64,000 nucleotides of DNA from a virus, in IMG/VR virus record IMGVR_UViG_3300034102_002416, one strand, 5' to 3'. Under the pieces are notes generated by a model. It saw nothing but the letters and a program-made list of their open reading frames with translations, searched no databases and had not been told where the DNA came from. Shown piece by piece: positions 35,456 through 45,373 of the stretch (its first letter is position 1; the number at the start of each line of letters is the position of its first letter). The position numbers were made by a program, and so were the translations under genes.

Positions 35456-38155
35456 TTATATTTCCGGAAGTAATATTCCTATAGATCCAGTAACGCTACC
35501 TACAACTCGACTAGTACGATATACAAAGTGTTTTAGTTTAAATTCACTCGTTCCCGACCCTAATCCCGCGTGTGATGTTAACATGTAAATTCTTACATAT
35601 TTACCCTGACATTCAGCAAAATTAGCTTTTCCAACAGTACCACCTACTACTTCTAATGTTCTAGAATTTCCTCGAATTGAAGTAACAGGTGTAAATAATA
35701 TCGGTACTGATCCGCCTGACAAAGATTTTGGAGTACTCCACATATCATATTCATTAGTCAATGGACTTAAATCTATACTACTAGCAGATTGTATATACCA
35801 TTCACCCGATAATGTTCTATTACCTGAAGCAGAATTTATAAATTGAGCAGTTACTGATATTTGCATTCTAGTTTCGCCTGGTAAAATAAATGTTTCAAAT
35901 ATCGATGAAGTTACAGGTGTACCATTACTTCCAAAATTACCAGAAGCTGTAAATTCTGATCTATCAAAATATACAACCCGGCCGACATTAAATCCATCAA
36001 CAAATTCTGAGTTCGAATCAAATAAAACATTACTTCCATTTACTGCAATAAATGATGATGCAGTTACATCCCCATCCGCTGTTAAATAAAATCCACTCGA
36101 TGATATTTCTAAATTACCATTACTTCCAGAAATATACTGTGAGTTAGGATCTCCAAAGAAAAATGTTTCTGTATGTACATCTAACTCGGATGGATTTGTT
36201 GAATAACGAAAATAATTATTAGCATCTCCGTATAATTCTAAACCAACACCACTATATGGTACTCCACCTTTTGTTCCTAAAGATCCACTTAAAGCAGATC
36301 CAGACCACATTAAAAATCCAGGAAAGCCAGCAGTAAATCCTTCATAACCTAATGATCTTATATATCCGGTATTCTTATATCCAGATATCGCTACGCCAGT
36401 TTCTAATGAGTCTGCTACATACAAAGATCCAGTAAGCATAGAATAATCGCCATCTATATAACGATTACCACCTTCCCAATTTTTATTATAAATGTAATTA
36501 ATTTGTTTGCTTTTTTCGCCAGCTATATTATAATATTCTACTTTAAATGATACTTGATTATCAGCTTTATGTGGAGTTGGTACTAAACTTCGAAGACGTG
36601 TATATTGTGGTGTATATCCTGACTCATTATCAGAAGTTGTACGTACATCAGAAACTTGCCATTCTCCAGATTCTACAATAAATATTAATACACCAGTACC
36701 GGTATTATCTGCAGTAAACTCAAACGTTTCATCATCAAATCGTTGGTTGTTAGTTTGTACTTCTAATTCACCAACCCGTTTTCCAAATCGTCTGGAAAAA
36801 TCTTGGTTAAAATAGTCTGTTGTATTAAAATTAAACGCACTACCTGACAAATAAACAGAAATTTTTGGATTAGTTGTACCAGTTCTAGTTCCTAATGCAT
36901 CTATCATAACTTTATATGATGCATCTTTAATAAAAATTCCGTTATATGCAGATTGCAATTCTGCAGTAGTAATAGTATTTACTGCATCAATATTAACACT
37001 ACTCGAAATACGCATAGCATTATTAATAGATGCCGTTGTCCAAGTTAGTACCGGTGCTGCAATTTCTGTTTTACCTTGATACGTATGTCCTTCCCAGTAT
37101 GTATTAATTACGCTTTGACTGTAAAATAATCCTAAACTCTCATATGGATATAATGATGATGTGCTAGAAACAAATATTTCCGTTTCTTCTAATTCTACAT
37201 CATTTATTAATTCCCATGACCCGATAGTACCATTATTGCTAACAAATGTTTTTATTCTGGATATGTCACCAGTTGCCGGTTCTAAATCATCAATTTGTAT
37301 AAGAGCGAATGATTCAGAATTTTGTGTAGGTACATATTGCGGTGTTGCTTCATATGTTACCGAATAAGCAGAGTAATCAAATGCAGTGTATGTATGAGAT
37401 GAAATACTTTGGCTACTAAAAACCGTATACTCTGTGTTTAACAGTGCTAAACTAGGAGATAATATCTTTTTAATAGTTGTTTGATAAACCGCATTAGATA
37501 CAGTGTAATTAGGCGTAGGAGAAGGATTTTGTGGAGTGGCTACTGTTAATGTTCCGCCAATCATATCTCCGGTAAAAGATCCCCCGGTAATTTCTATAGC
37601 AGCTGCACCGTTATAATTATAATATCTTACGGTGCCGGTGTTATATGTAGGAAACTGCGTGTTATTTGCGTATACTCTGTCTAACTGAACTCCAACCTGT
37701 TCTGATAACGTTATAGTCGGTAATGTTTCAAATATTATTTCAGTATCATTAGCTATATTAGGGTTAACAGGTACCGTACGAGTCCATTTAACATTAGCAC
37801 GATTTTGCCATTCAGATGGGGCATTAACTGCTTCACCTATCAATGTAATTCGACAATCACCCGGAGATGTATTTTCATATATATAAATTGCAACAACTCT
37901 GGATTTATCTTCATCTAAATAATCAATAACTTCAGAATAGATAGGATCACCATTATAATCTAGTACTTCGATATTTAGATACGATCCTACTTTTAAATTC
38001 GTAGGATTTCCACGAAGTTTAAATAAATTTTTTCCAGCAGTTAACCGAAGTGGAAATTCTGAAATTTGAAAAAAATCTGGTGATGTTAATGATGTATCGT
38101 TGTATAAAACATCGATAAATTCTAAACCTTTATAAACAGCTTCTTTGCGTTTCAT
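35456..38155 (-). CDS. large virion structural protein (baseplate/fibre-associated)
   Basis: 899 aa, beta-rich and S/T/G-rich, fibre-like ISGSNGNLEISSSGF segment; late motif at 38174-38182. Confidence 0.6.
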   Translation of the reverse strand: MKRKEAVYKGLEFIDVLYNDTSLTSPDFFQISEFPLRLTAGKNLFKLRGNPTNLKVGSYLNIEVLDYNGDPIYSEVIDYLDEDKSRVVAIYIYENTSPGDCRITLIGEAVNAPSEWQNRANVKWTRTVPVNPNIANDTEIIFETLPTITLSEQVGVQLDRVYANNTQFPTYNTGTVRYYNYNGAAAIEITGGSFTGDMIGGTLTVATPQNPSPTPNYTVSNAVYQTTIKKILSPSLALLNTEYTVFSSQSISSHTYTAFDYSAYSVTYEATPQYVPTQNSESFALIQIDDLEPATGDISRIKTFVSNNGTIGSWELINDVELEETEIFVSSTSSLYPYESLGLFYSQSVINTYWEGHTYQGKTEIAAPVLTWTTASINNAMRISSSVNIDAVNTITTAELQSAYNGIFIKDASYKVMIDALGTRTGTTNPKISVYLSGSAFNFNTTDYFNQDFSRRFGKRVGELEVQTNNQRFDDETFEFTADNTGTGVLIFIVESGEWQVSDVRTTSDNESGYTPQYTRLRSLVPTPHKADNQVSFKVEYYNIAGEKSKQINYIYNKNWEGGNRYIDGDYSMLTGSLYVADSLETGVAISGYKNTGYIRSLGYEGFTAGFPGFLMWSGSALSGSLGTKGGVPYSGVGLELYGDANNYFRYSTNPSELDVHTETFFFGDPNSQYISGSNGNLEISSSGFYLTADGDVTASSFIAVNGSNVLFDSNSEFVDGFNVGRVVYFDRSEFTASGNFGSNGTPVTSSIFETFILPGETRMQISVTAQFINSASGNRTLSGEWYIQSASSIDLSPLTNEYDMWSTPKSLSGGSVPILFTPVTSIRGNSRTLEVVGGTVGKANFAECQGKYVRIYMLTSHAGLGSGTSEFKLKHFVYRTSRVVGSVTGSIGILLPEI

Positions 38156-38181
38156 CCATTGATATTCTTTTTATATAAATA

Positions 38182-41100
38182 TCAAACATGATTAATCTGG
38201 CTGAATCCGTCGATTTTATTAACTTCAATTAAATTGTCTACCATATCTCGCATAGAATCAACATGGCTGATAATAATAGAAAAGTCAAATTTAGTTCGAA
38301 AATAATCAAATAGATTTACTACTGCAGAAATATGTTCTGCATCCAATGATCCCCATCCTTCATCTATTGCAATAAAATTTGGTCGTGGTAGTGCAGATAC
38401 ATTGATAAGTGCTATTCGAATTGCTAATGATGATATAAAACGTTCCATACCACTTGTTAATTCCAATGGCCAAAAATTATCTTCATCATAAATAATGTAT
38501 CCATTGATATTTTTACCATCACTTTGCAACACCATATTAAAATCTACAACCTGATTTAAAACATTGTTTATTTCAGTTTCTATTTTCGGCATTGCTTTAG
38601 AAATTAATTCATATGGAATTCCATCTCGTTTTACCGTTTGTAAATAGTATTCATATGCTTTATATTCTGTTTCTAATTTATGATATGCATCTAAACTCGT
38701 CAATGCAGATTGTTTATTTGTTTTTGCAACTTCTATAGCACCAAACAGTGATTTGATTTGTGTTTGAATAGATTTTATTTCCTCAGTAAATGCATCGATA
38801 TCTTGTTTACATTCAGTAATTTTTTCATCAATTGTTTTATTATGAGTTATAGCAGTTTCATTGTTTCGGAATAATTCTTGCCGTTCCAAACAAGTTTCAA
38901 GTTCTGATTCTTTAGTTTGCAGTTCATTTTCTGCAATCTGAAGTTGCAATTCTAATTTTTCTACAGCACTTTGTTTGGTTTGTAAATTGGTTCGAAGTGT
39001 AATTAATTCAGCATATCGTTGTTCATATTGTTGAAGCAATTCAATTTCAGCATTAATGTCTTGTTTAGTGGTTTGTAGTCCTGTTAATATGTTTCTATCC
39101 GAATCGATTGTATTTTGCGCTTCGATTGCATCTTGTACAAAAACGTTAGATGTACAATATTTGCATTTCGGATCATATTCATGTTCGGCAAGATGATTAA
39201 TTTTTTCTTGTTTAGCATTTACAACTCCTTGTTGTTTGTCAATTTGAGTTTCAATTTGTTTGAGATTGGTTTTAAAAATTTTCAATTGGTCCAATTGTTC
39301 TAATAAACCAGGTTCATCATAAGTACGAATTTCTTTTTTAATCGTAACATGTTGTGTTTTTAAATCTTCTAAAGTTTGTTCTGATTGATCGATATTATTT
39401 TGTAAGTCATCAATTTTTTCTGTTAAATCAGATTCAGTTTTTCGTAATTTTGTAATATCTGGTCCATCATATGTTGTTGGTAATTTTGTTTCAATTAATG
39501 ATACGATTTGATTTTGTAAATAATTTCGTCTTTCTTGAAACTCATCTTCTTGTGTTTCTAACGTTTGAATAGTTCCATGATTTGCATTTATTATGTTGTC
39601 TGTACTAACAATTATTTCAGCAAAATCTGTTTTCTTGTATTCTTTTAATTTACCAGCAGTTTCTTTAATTTCATCTGCAGCAAGTTGATATAGTTGTTCA
39701 AATACCGTTATGTCTAAAAACTGCGATAATAGATCTTTACGTTCTCTTTGTGATTTTTCTATAAAATTGTTGTTATCAGCTTGAAGTGAAAATGCAGTTA
39801 AAATAAAATCATCATATGTTCCTAAATACCTACGAATCGATTTATTTGTATCACTTCGTTCTTCTCCATTTAAATTTTCTGTGTCGGTATAAAAATCTAC
39901 CAAAACTTTAACATGACCATTTTTTTGTTTAATACCATTACGTTCGATAATGTATTTAACACCATTCATTTCAAATGTAAATTTACCTCGGAATGTAGCT
40001 TTTTTATTATTTAATACTTCATGTGCTTTGCCTGTTTTGCTGCATTTATCAAAAATTGTATATGTAATTGCATCGAGTAAAGATGATTTACCAGATGTAT
40101 TTGCTGCAAATAATCCACATACATCCTGCATGTTTTCGAAATTAATAACATTGCCTTCCCCATATGAAAACATGTTATCAAATTCAAATTCAATTGGATG
40201 CCAAGTCATATGACGAACAGATTCGATAGCTGGTAGTTTAGAATTAATTGTTCGGTTAATGTGTCGAATTGCATCTGTTTCCTCCGATGTTGCTTGTGGA
40301 AAATTAACTGCAATGTAATCTGTTATCAATGTGTTTTGATATTCAACATCTCGTACGTTTCCTATAGTAAATGATGAAGAAGCTTCATTATGAATTGAAG
40401 TAGAGTTTCGCTGTATTGTGATATCCTGTACATCATATTTTTTTCGAATAGCAGCAATCATTTTTTTCATATCAGCTGCACTAGTGTCGGAAAATTTAAT
40501 ACGAACTCGGGGCTTATTCGGAATACGTGATGGTGCGTTAATAACTGTGGTGCCTTGCACATCGAGTGTTACATATCCATAATCATTGTGTATTGGAACA
40601 AACTTTGCTGAACGATCTGGCAAATCCCATACTAATATTCCGTGATCTAATGCTTCACCGTGATTTTGTTGAATTAATGATCCTGGATATGCAATTGTTT
40701 GTTTATCATCTAAGAATTGTGCCGGCTTATGAATATCGCCTAGCAATGTAATATCATGACCAGCAAACAAATCGATTCCAACATGCTCATTAGATATTTG
40801 ATAACCAATATCAGTACGAGCAGAATTCACAGCTCCATGATGTAATGCAATTTTATATGCAGCTTCGAATTGATCAGCTCTAATATATTCAGTTGGTGCA
40901 ACATCAACAGCCATGTGATTGAATACAACATTAGCAATTTGAAATAATCCATTCTCTTTAACAAAAATAATGTTAGGATTCTTAATAACATTGATTATTG
41001 GACTAACCGCATCCGTTCGATGCATGTTGTTTAAATTCATGTCATGATTACCTAAAATAACAACCGTTGGTATCATGAATCCTTCGAAGAACTCAACAAG

Positions 41101-41322
41101 TATTTCTATTAATTCCGGAGACATATCTAATTTACTATGAACTATATCACCGGTAACAACAGCTATACTATTATTAGTTGCATGTTGTGCAATATGATCA
41201 AATAAATTCCTAAATACCTCTCGGTATTCTCGATGGCGTTTTAATGTGCGAATATGAATGTCAGAACAATGAAAAATTGTATCTACCCATTCTTTTCCAA
41301 TATCATAACGTTTTATGTCCAT
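38182..41322 (-). CDS. Mre11/SbcD nuclease fused to Rad50/SbcC ATPase (T4 gp47+gp46-like)
   Basis: SDIH, TGD, GNHD, HHG and GDIH phosphoesterase motifs; NTSGKSS Walker A; CKYC zinc hook within a coiled coil; TSGME signature; IAIDEGWGSLD; IISH. Confidence 0.92.
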   Translation of the reverse strand: MDIKRYDIGKEWVDTIFHCSDIHIRTLKRHREYREVFRNLFDHIAQHATNNSIAVVTGDIVHSKLDMSPELIEILVEFFEGFMIPTVVILGNHDMNLNNMHRTDAVSPIINVIKNPNIIFVKENGLFQIANVVFNHMAVDVAPTEYIRADQFEAAYKIALHHGAVNSARTDIGYQISNEHVGIDLFAGHDITLLGDIHKPAQFLDDKQTIAYPGSLIQQNHGEALDHGILVWDLPDRSAKFVPIHNDYGYVTLDVQGTTVINAPSRIPNKPRVRIKFSDTSAADMKKMIAAIRKKYDVQDITIQRNSTSIHNEASSSFTIGNVRDVEYQNTLITDYIAVNFPQATSEETDAIRHINRTINSKLPAIESVRHMTWHPIEFEFDNMFSYGEGNVINFENMQDVCGLFAANTSGKSSLLDAITYTIFDKCSKTGKAHEVLNNKKATFRGKFTFEMNGVKYIIERNGIKQKNGHVKVLVDFYTDTENLNGEERSDTNKSIRRYLGTYDDFILTAFSLQADNNNFIEKSQRERKDLLSQFLDITVFEQLYQLAADEIKETAGKLKEYKKTDFAEIIVSTDNIINANHGTIQTLETQEDEFQERRNYLQNQIVSLIETKLPTTYDGPDITKLRKTESDLTEKIDDLQNNIDQSEQTLEDLKTQHVTIKKEIRTYDEPGLLEQLDQLKIFKTNLKQIETQIDKQQGVVNAKQEKINHLAEHEYDPKCKYCTSNVFVQDAIEAQNTIDSDRNILTGLQTTKQDINAEIELLQQYEQRYAELITLRTNLQTKQSAVEKLELQLQIAENELQTKESELETCLERQELFRNNETAITHNKTIDEKITECKQDIDAFTEEIKSIQTQIKSLFGAIEVAKTNKQSALTSLDAYHKLETEYKAYEYYLQTVKRDGIPYELISKAMPKIETEINNVLNQVVDFNMVLQSDGKNINGYIIYDEDNFWPLELTSGMERFISSLAIRIALINVSALPRPNFIAIDEGWGSLDAEHISAVVNLFDYFRTKFDFSIIISHVDSMRDMVDNLIEVNKIDGFSQINHV

Positions 41323-42257
41323 ATCATTCCCATCTTTAACTGCATTAACCGTTCAAATGTTAATACATCGGTATTTTGTAAAATATTATTTATTGCATGA
41401 AATCCCAATTCAGAAGCATCTTTATCTTGTAACTCAACAAAATAAACATTTAATCCTTCTGACATGAATCGTTCAGCAATTTGTATTGCATTACGCAAAG
41501 CGTCTGCATCTAAACAAAGATATATATCTCGTACTCGTTCTTCAATTATTTTCTTTTGAAGTGTCGGTTGTATTATTTTACCAAATAATGGTATTGCATT
41601 TCTTTTAACAGCAATTGCATCAAATGCACCTTCACATAGTATAATAGGTTCCGCCCAATTAATAAACATTTCAAACCCAATAATATCTTTAGATACTTTA
41701 GGATTTTTATGTTTTTGCGAATCTGCTTTATAAAATGCTCTGCTAACAAAGTAATTTAATTGTCCTGCGCTATTGTAACTAGGAATAATTATTTTGCCTG
41801 TATACTCACCAGATTCGCAATATCCAATTCGATATTTAATTATATCAAAAACACCAATACCTCTATTTAATAAGTAGTGCATTGCATTTTTATAATCCGG
41901 AGTATTTTTTTTTATCCATAACGGTTTATAATCTTCCGGAAGTTGCAATGTAACAACTTTAGTTTCGGTATCATTTAATGATTTATATCTAACGTTATTT
42001 AATATTTTTTGAAGTTGCTCAAAGTTTTCTTTACCTAAATTTAGTTGTTTAAATAAAGTAGCAATTGACCGACCTTTTTTATCAGAAATCCAACAATGCC
42101 ATGGATTTTCACCGGCATGATTTGTGTTAATATTAATTTCTAATTTTGGCTTGTAGTGAGAAACGAATGGAGAAAAGAATGCTATGTTATCACCAGATGT
42201 AGGTTTACCTTTACCTAATACTGATTCTAATAACTGTAATAACTTAATATTCTTCAT
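41313..42257 (-). CDS. DNA primase (DnaG/TOPRIM type)
   Basis: IIIPSY...YFVSR, CEGAFDA, CLDADA, KDASE. Confidence 0.88.
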   Translation of the reverse strand: MKNIKLLQLLESVLGKGKPTSGDNIAFFSPFVSHYKPKLEININTNHAGENPWHCWISDKKGRSIATLFKQLNLGKENFEQLQKILNNVRYKSLNDTETKVVTLQLPEDYKPLWIKKNTPDYKNAMHYLLNRGIGVFDIIKYRIGYCESGEYTGKIIIPSYNSAGQLNYFVSRAFYKADSQKHKNPKVSKDIIGFEMFINWAEPIILCEGAFDAIAVKRNAIPLFGKIIQPTLQKKIIEERVRDIYLCLDADALRNAIQIAERFMSEGLNVYFVELQDKDASELGFHAINNILQNTDVLTFERLMQLKMGMIWT

Positions 42258-42262
42258 TATTA

Positions 42263-42294
42263 ATAATATAATTAAATTACTATACTAATCCAAT
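42263..42294 (-). promoter_or_regulatory. class II promoter ATTG-N20-TATATTAT (primase-SbcCD operon)
   Basis: Same architecture as the other class II elements, here upstream of replication genes. Confidence 0.55.
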
Positions 42295-42440
42295 TAATTA
42301 TTAATATAATATTATTAATATTAGTTAGACACATACACTACATTTCTGGTCTAACGATCGATTCAATACTGAATCAATCATTTAATTAATATAACATTAA
42401 TTTCTATGAATGTATTAAAAATATTTCACATTTCAAATCT

Positions 42441-42923
42441 TTATGCAAAAAATTTTCTAACATTAACTGGTTCTTCGCCATTTTTTAAACATTCCGCAAG
42501 CCATTCGCTAGGAATTTCTTTTTTTGCAACATGATGTATACCTAATTTTACAGCATAACTTTCATATGTAGTTTTACTTCCTTTAGATATTTTTTGCGTA
42601 GGAGATTGAAAAACCATGCGGATATCAATGCCAGGATTCGATGCAAGTACATGTTTCATTTTTAAACGATCAGAACTAGTCCATCGACCTTTAGTTTCAA
42701 TAAACATTAAAGTACCATCTCGTTTAATAAAAACAAAATCTGGAGTATATTTTGCTTTACGTTCCGGTACTATATAATTTAATGTTTCAGTTTCATATTT
42801 CAAAGGATATTCTGCAGATTTTATTTGTTCCGCAACCGTATGTTCTAATCCTGATTTATAACCATATTTTAATGCCGCCGCTCGTTTAGCATTACCGGCA
42901 CTATGAAAATGATTTCGTTTCAT
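42441..42923 (-). CDS. Holliday junction resolvase, T7 endonuclease I-like
   Basis: YKSGLE, YTPDF, IETKGRW, DIRMVF PD-(D/E)xK pattern as in T7 gp3. Confidence 0.88.
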   Translation of the reverse strand: MKRNHFHSAGNAKRAAALKYGYKSGLEHTVAEQIKSAEYPLKYETETLNYIVPERKAKYTPDFVFIKRDGTLMFIETKGRWTSSDRLKMKHVLASNPGIDIRMVFQSPTQKISKGSKTTYESYAVKLGIHHVAKKEIPSEWLAECLKNGEEPVNVRKFFA

Positions 42924-43766
42924 TTAAAATTTTGTTTTAAATTTTGGTAACATTTTTCCATTTGCCGATTTATTCTCTAAATTAAACGATCCTAATTCAT
43001 ACATTCTCATAATCATTTCATGAAATTCCGCGGCACTTCTAGGTTTTTCAAATTTGGAACTTGTATTATCGTCAGTATAATTAATAACACCATATAAATT
43101 GCTTCGAATTTCAGCAACTACTTTATTATCAGATGACATATCTAACATTTTACCAATTGGCTGTTGTGGATTAAAAATTGAATTAATATTTTTTAAAGAT
43201 GCATCTTTTGGCATATTAAAAATTGCATTTACTGAAATACTATTCAATCCGTTACTAGATAATGCATAATTATATTGTTTTTGAAATTTCATTGCTAGTT
43301 TTTGATCTATAGATCCAGGTGTGGATAATCGTAATATCCAATCAATATATACACATACCATATATGTAGAATTAGTATTATTTCGTATAATATATTGTTT
43401 AATTAAGTTATACATTAAATCAGTATCTCGTTTACGACTAGCAGCTCCAAATTTTTGTAAAAATTCTACTGAGCTAGTTATTAACGGAATCCATGCTTTT
43501 TTAGCAATTATAGCTACGTTCCTATCTTTAGGATCTTTAGATCCTCCTTTTAATCTACGTTCCGCATCTTCTTTTGATTTGCGTTCCGCATCTTGTTTTG
43601 CCTTTAAAGCTGCGGCATCTCTAGCTCGTTTTGCTGCATCTGCATCTCCTCCGGATTTAGGTGGTGTAGTTATCTTACCGGTACTAGTAGATTTACTTTT
43701 TGTTGCTTGTTGTATTGCAGCATCAGCCCCAGCCCATGGATCTTCTTGTTCGTTAATTTTATACAT
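42924..43766 (-). CDS. hypothetical (probable internal head) protein
   Basis: Starts MYKINE|Q; charged helical N-terminal region. Confidence 0.6.
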   Translation of the reverse strand: MYKINEQEDPWAGADAAIQQATKSKSTSTGKITTPPKSGGDADAAKRARDAAALKAKQDAERKSKEDAERRLKGGSKDPKDRNVAIIAKKAWIPLITSSVEFLQKFGAASRKRDTDLMYNLIKQYIIRNNTNSTYMVCVYIDWILRLSTPGSIDQKLAMKFQKQYNYALSSNGLNSISVNAIFNMPKDASLKNINSIFNPQQPIGKMLDMSSDNKVVAEIRSNLYGVINYTDDNTSSKFEKPRSAAEFHEMIMRMYELGSFNLENKSANGKMLPKFKTKF

Positions 43767-43770
43767 ATAG

Positions 43771-44787
43771 TTATTTCAATTTAGTTCGTAATAAATCTAT
43801 AAAATCTGATGTTACTATATCTGGATTTAAATCTTTATATTTCAAAAGATCTTTTATAACAGATATTATTTGTTGTGTACCACCTAGTTTTTTCAACACC
43901 GGCATACCATCCCAAAAATCACCACGATTTTCTTTTGTATTTAATGCATTTTTAACATTGTTATACCAAGCTTTATTTTCAACGCGTCCAATAGATTCTG
44001 CAAATCTTAACATTAAAACTTGCACTTTATAAAATTCATTATCATCTTTTAATCCTACTTTAAATCCGCCAGCTGGCACAATAATAGAATTTAAAATTTC
44101 ATTTGATATTTTATCAGGTGTTAAATCTAAAACTGGAATACCTTGTTTAGTTGTAGTTGTCGATGTTTCCGGTTGTTTAGGTGTATCACCTATCGATAAA
44201 AGTTCAGGTTTTTCTGCAGGATCTTTAATTCTAACTACCCAATCAGAAATATTAATTTTATTTATATCAAAAACCAAACCTCCTTGTTTAAACGTTTTTA
44301 ACCATCCGGGCGTCGATGAATTAATCTTTACACGTTTAAATTGACTAATCATATCAGCTTTTACATAGGTACATACAACTTTATATCTTGCTCGTTTCTT
44401 TTCGTTTTTAGTATCTTTAGCATCAATATCCCCACTAATAAACCAAAAATAACCGGCACTTCGACTTCTTGCCCAAACACCACCGATACTAGTTTCTAAA
44501 TAATCTAATACATCTTCTTGTAGTTGTTCCGGCGTATATAAAATTTCTGCTGTTTCATCTGGATCGACTGATACATCGCCTTTTCGTTCTATTATAACTT
44601 GAAATCCATTAATTCTAGGATCGGTTGTTAAAGCATTTGGATTGATACCTAGTTTTGGACATACTTCTGTTTTAATAAAATTAGTAGCTTTCCCATCTAG
44701 TAACGCTGTTTTTGTTACTAATTTTGGTTTAGTTTTAAACTGTTCTTGTAAAACTAGTTTAATAATATATTCTAGTTGTTTACTCAT
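43771..44787 (-). CDS. hypothetical (probable internal head) protein
   Basis: Start moved to MSKQLEYIIKLVLQE|Q at 44787, downstream of the late motif at 44802-44810. Confidence 0.6.
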   Translation of the reverse strand: MSKQLEYIIKLVLQEQFKTKPKLVTKTALLDGKATNFIKTEVCPKLGINPNALTTDPRINGFQVIIERKGDVSVDPDETAEILYTPEQLQEDVLDYLETSIGGVWARSRSAGYFWFISGDIDAKDTKNEKKRARYKVVCTYVKADMISQFKRVKINSSTPGWLKTFKQGGLVFDINKINISDWVVRIKDPAEKPELLSIGDTPKQPETSTTTTKQGIPVLDLTPDKISNEILNSIIVPAGGFKVGLKDDNEFYKVQVLMLRFAESIGRVENKAWYNNVKNALNTKENRGDFWDGMPVLKKLGGTQQIISVIKDLLKYKDLNPDIVTSDFIDLLRTKLK

Positions 44788-44813
44788 GTTATTCCGTTTT
44801 ATATAAATATATC

Positions 44814-45371
44814 TCACCAATCAACCATTACTAAATTTCCATTCCATATCATGATATTATCAGAACTAAAATCTAAATCTAAATCTAGATCTGGAATATT
44901 TGTTTTAGATACATCTTGTTGTAACGCATCTAAAAAGTTTTTAACTATAGGATCAATTGCAAATACAGCATCACTATTTAAAAAATCAAAAATTGAAACT
45001 TCACCACCCTGATCATATGAATATGTTTTAAATTGATTAATGAAATCATTTATTTTATTTTTTATATTTGCCGGCAACTCCGATGCATTAGCCATAATAA
45101 TTGATTTTGAGTTTACAGAATCAATAGTACCAGCATAATATACTGGAATAAACGTTGTATATTCAGTGTATTTATTTTGTATTACATCTGCAACTTCTAA
45201 CTCTTGATCATCAGTTGTTATTTTTAAAACTAAATCTTCTCCATCTATTTCATATACACGGCTATTATCACCCATACCAATATATCTAAACTTTTTAGAT
45301 TTAATTTTATCTAAAACACGTTTCATTGTGTCGGTAGAAATTTCAGAAAGTAAATGTTTTAAACGTATCAT
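44814..45371 (-). CDS. minimal protein-kinase-like (PKL fold) protein
   Basis: IGMGDNSRVY Gly loop, VLKIT Lys, QELE helix C Glu, DFSSDN catalytic loop, terminal VDW Mg-binding motif. Confidence 0.7.
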   Translation of the reverse strand: MIRLKHLLSEISTDTMKRVLDKIKSKKFRYIGMGDNSRVYEIDGEDLVLKITTDDQELEVADVIQNKYTEYTTFIPVYYAGTIDSVNSKSIIMANASELPANIKNKINDFINQFKTYSYDQGGEVSIFDFLNSDAVFAIDPIVKNFLDALQQDVSKTNIPDLDLDLDFSSDNIMIWNGNLVMVDW

Positions 45372-45373
45372 AT

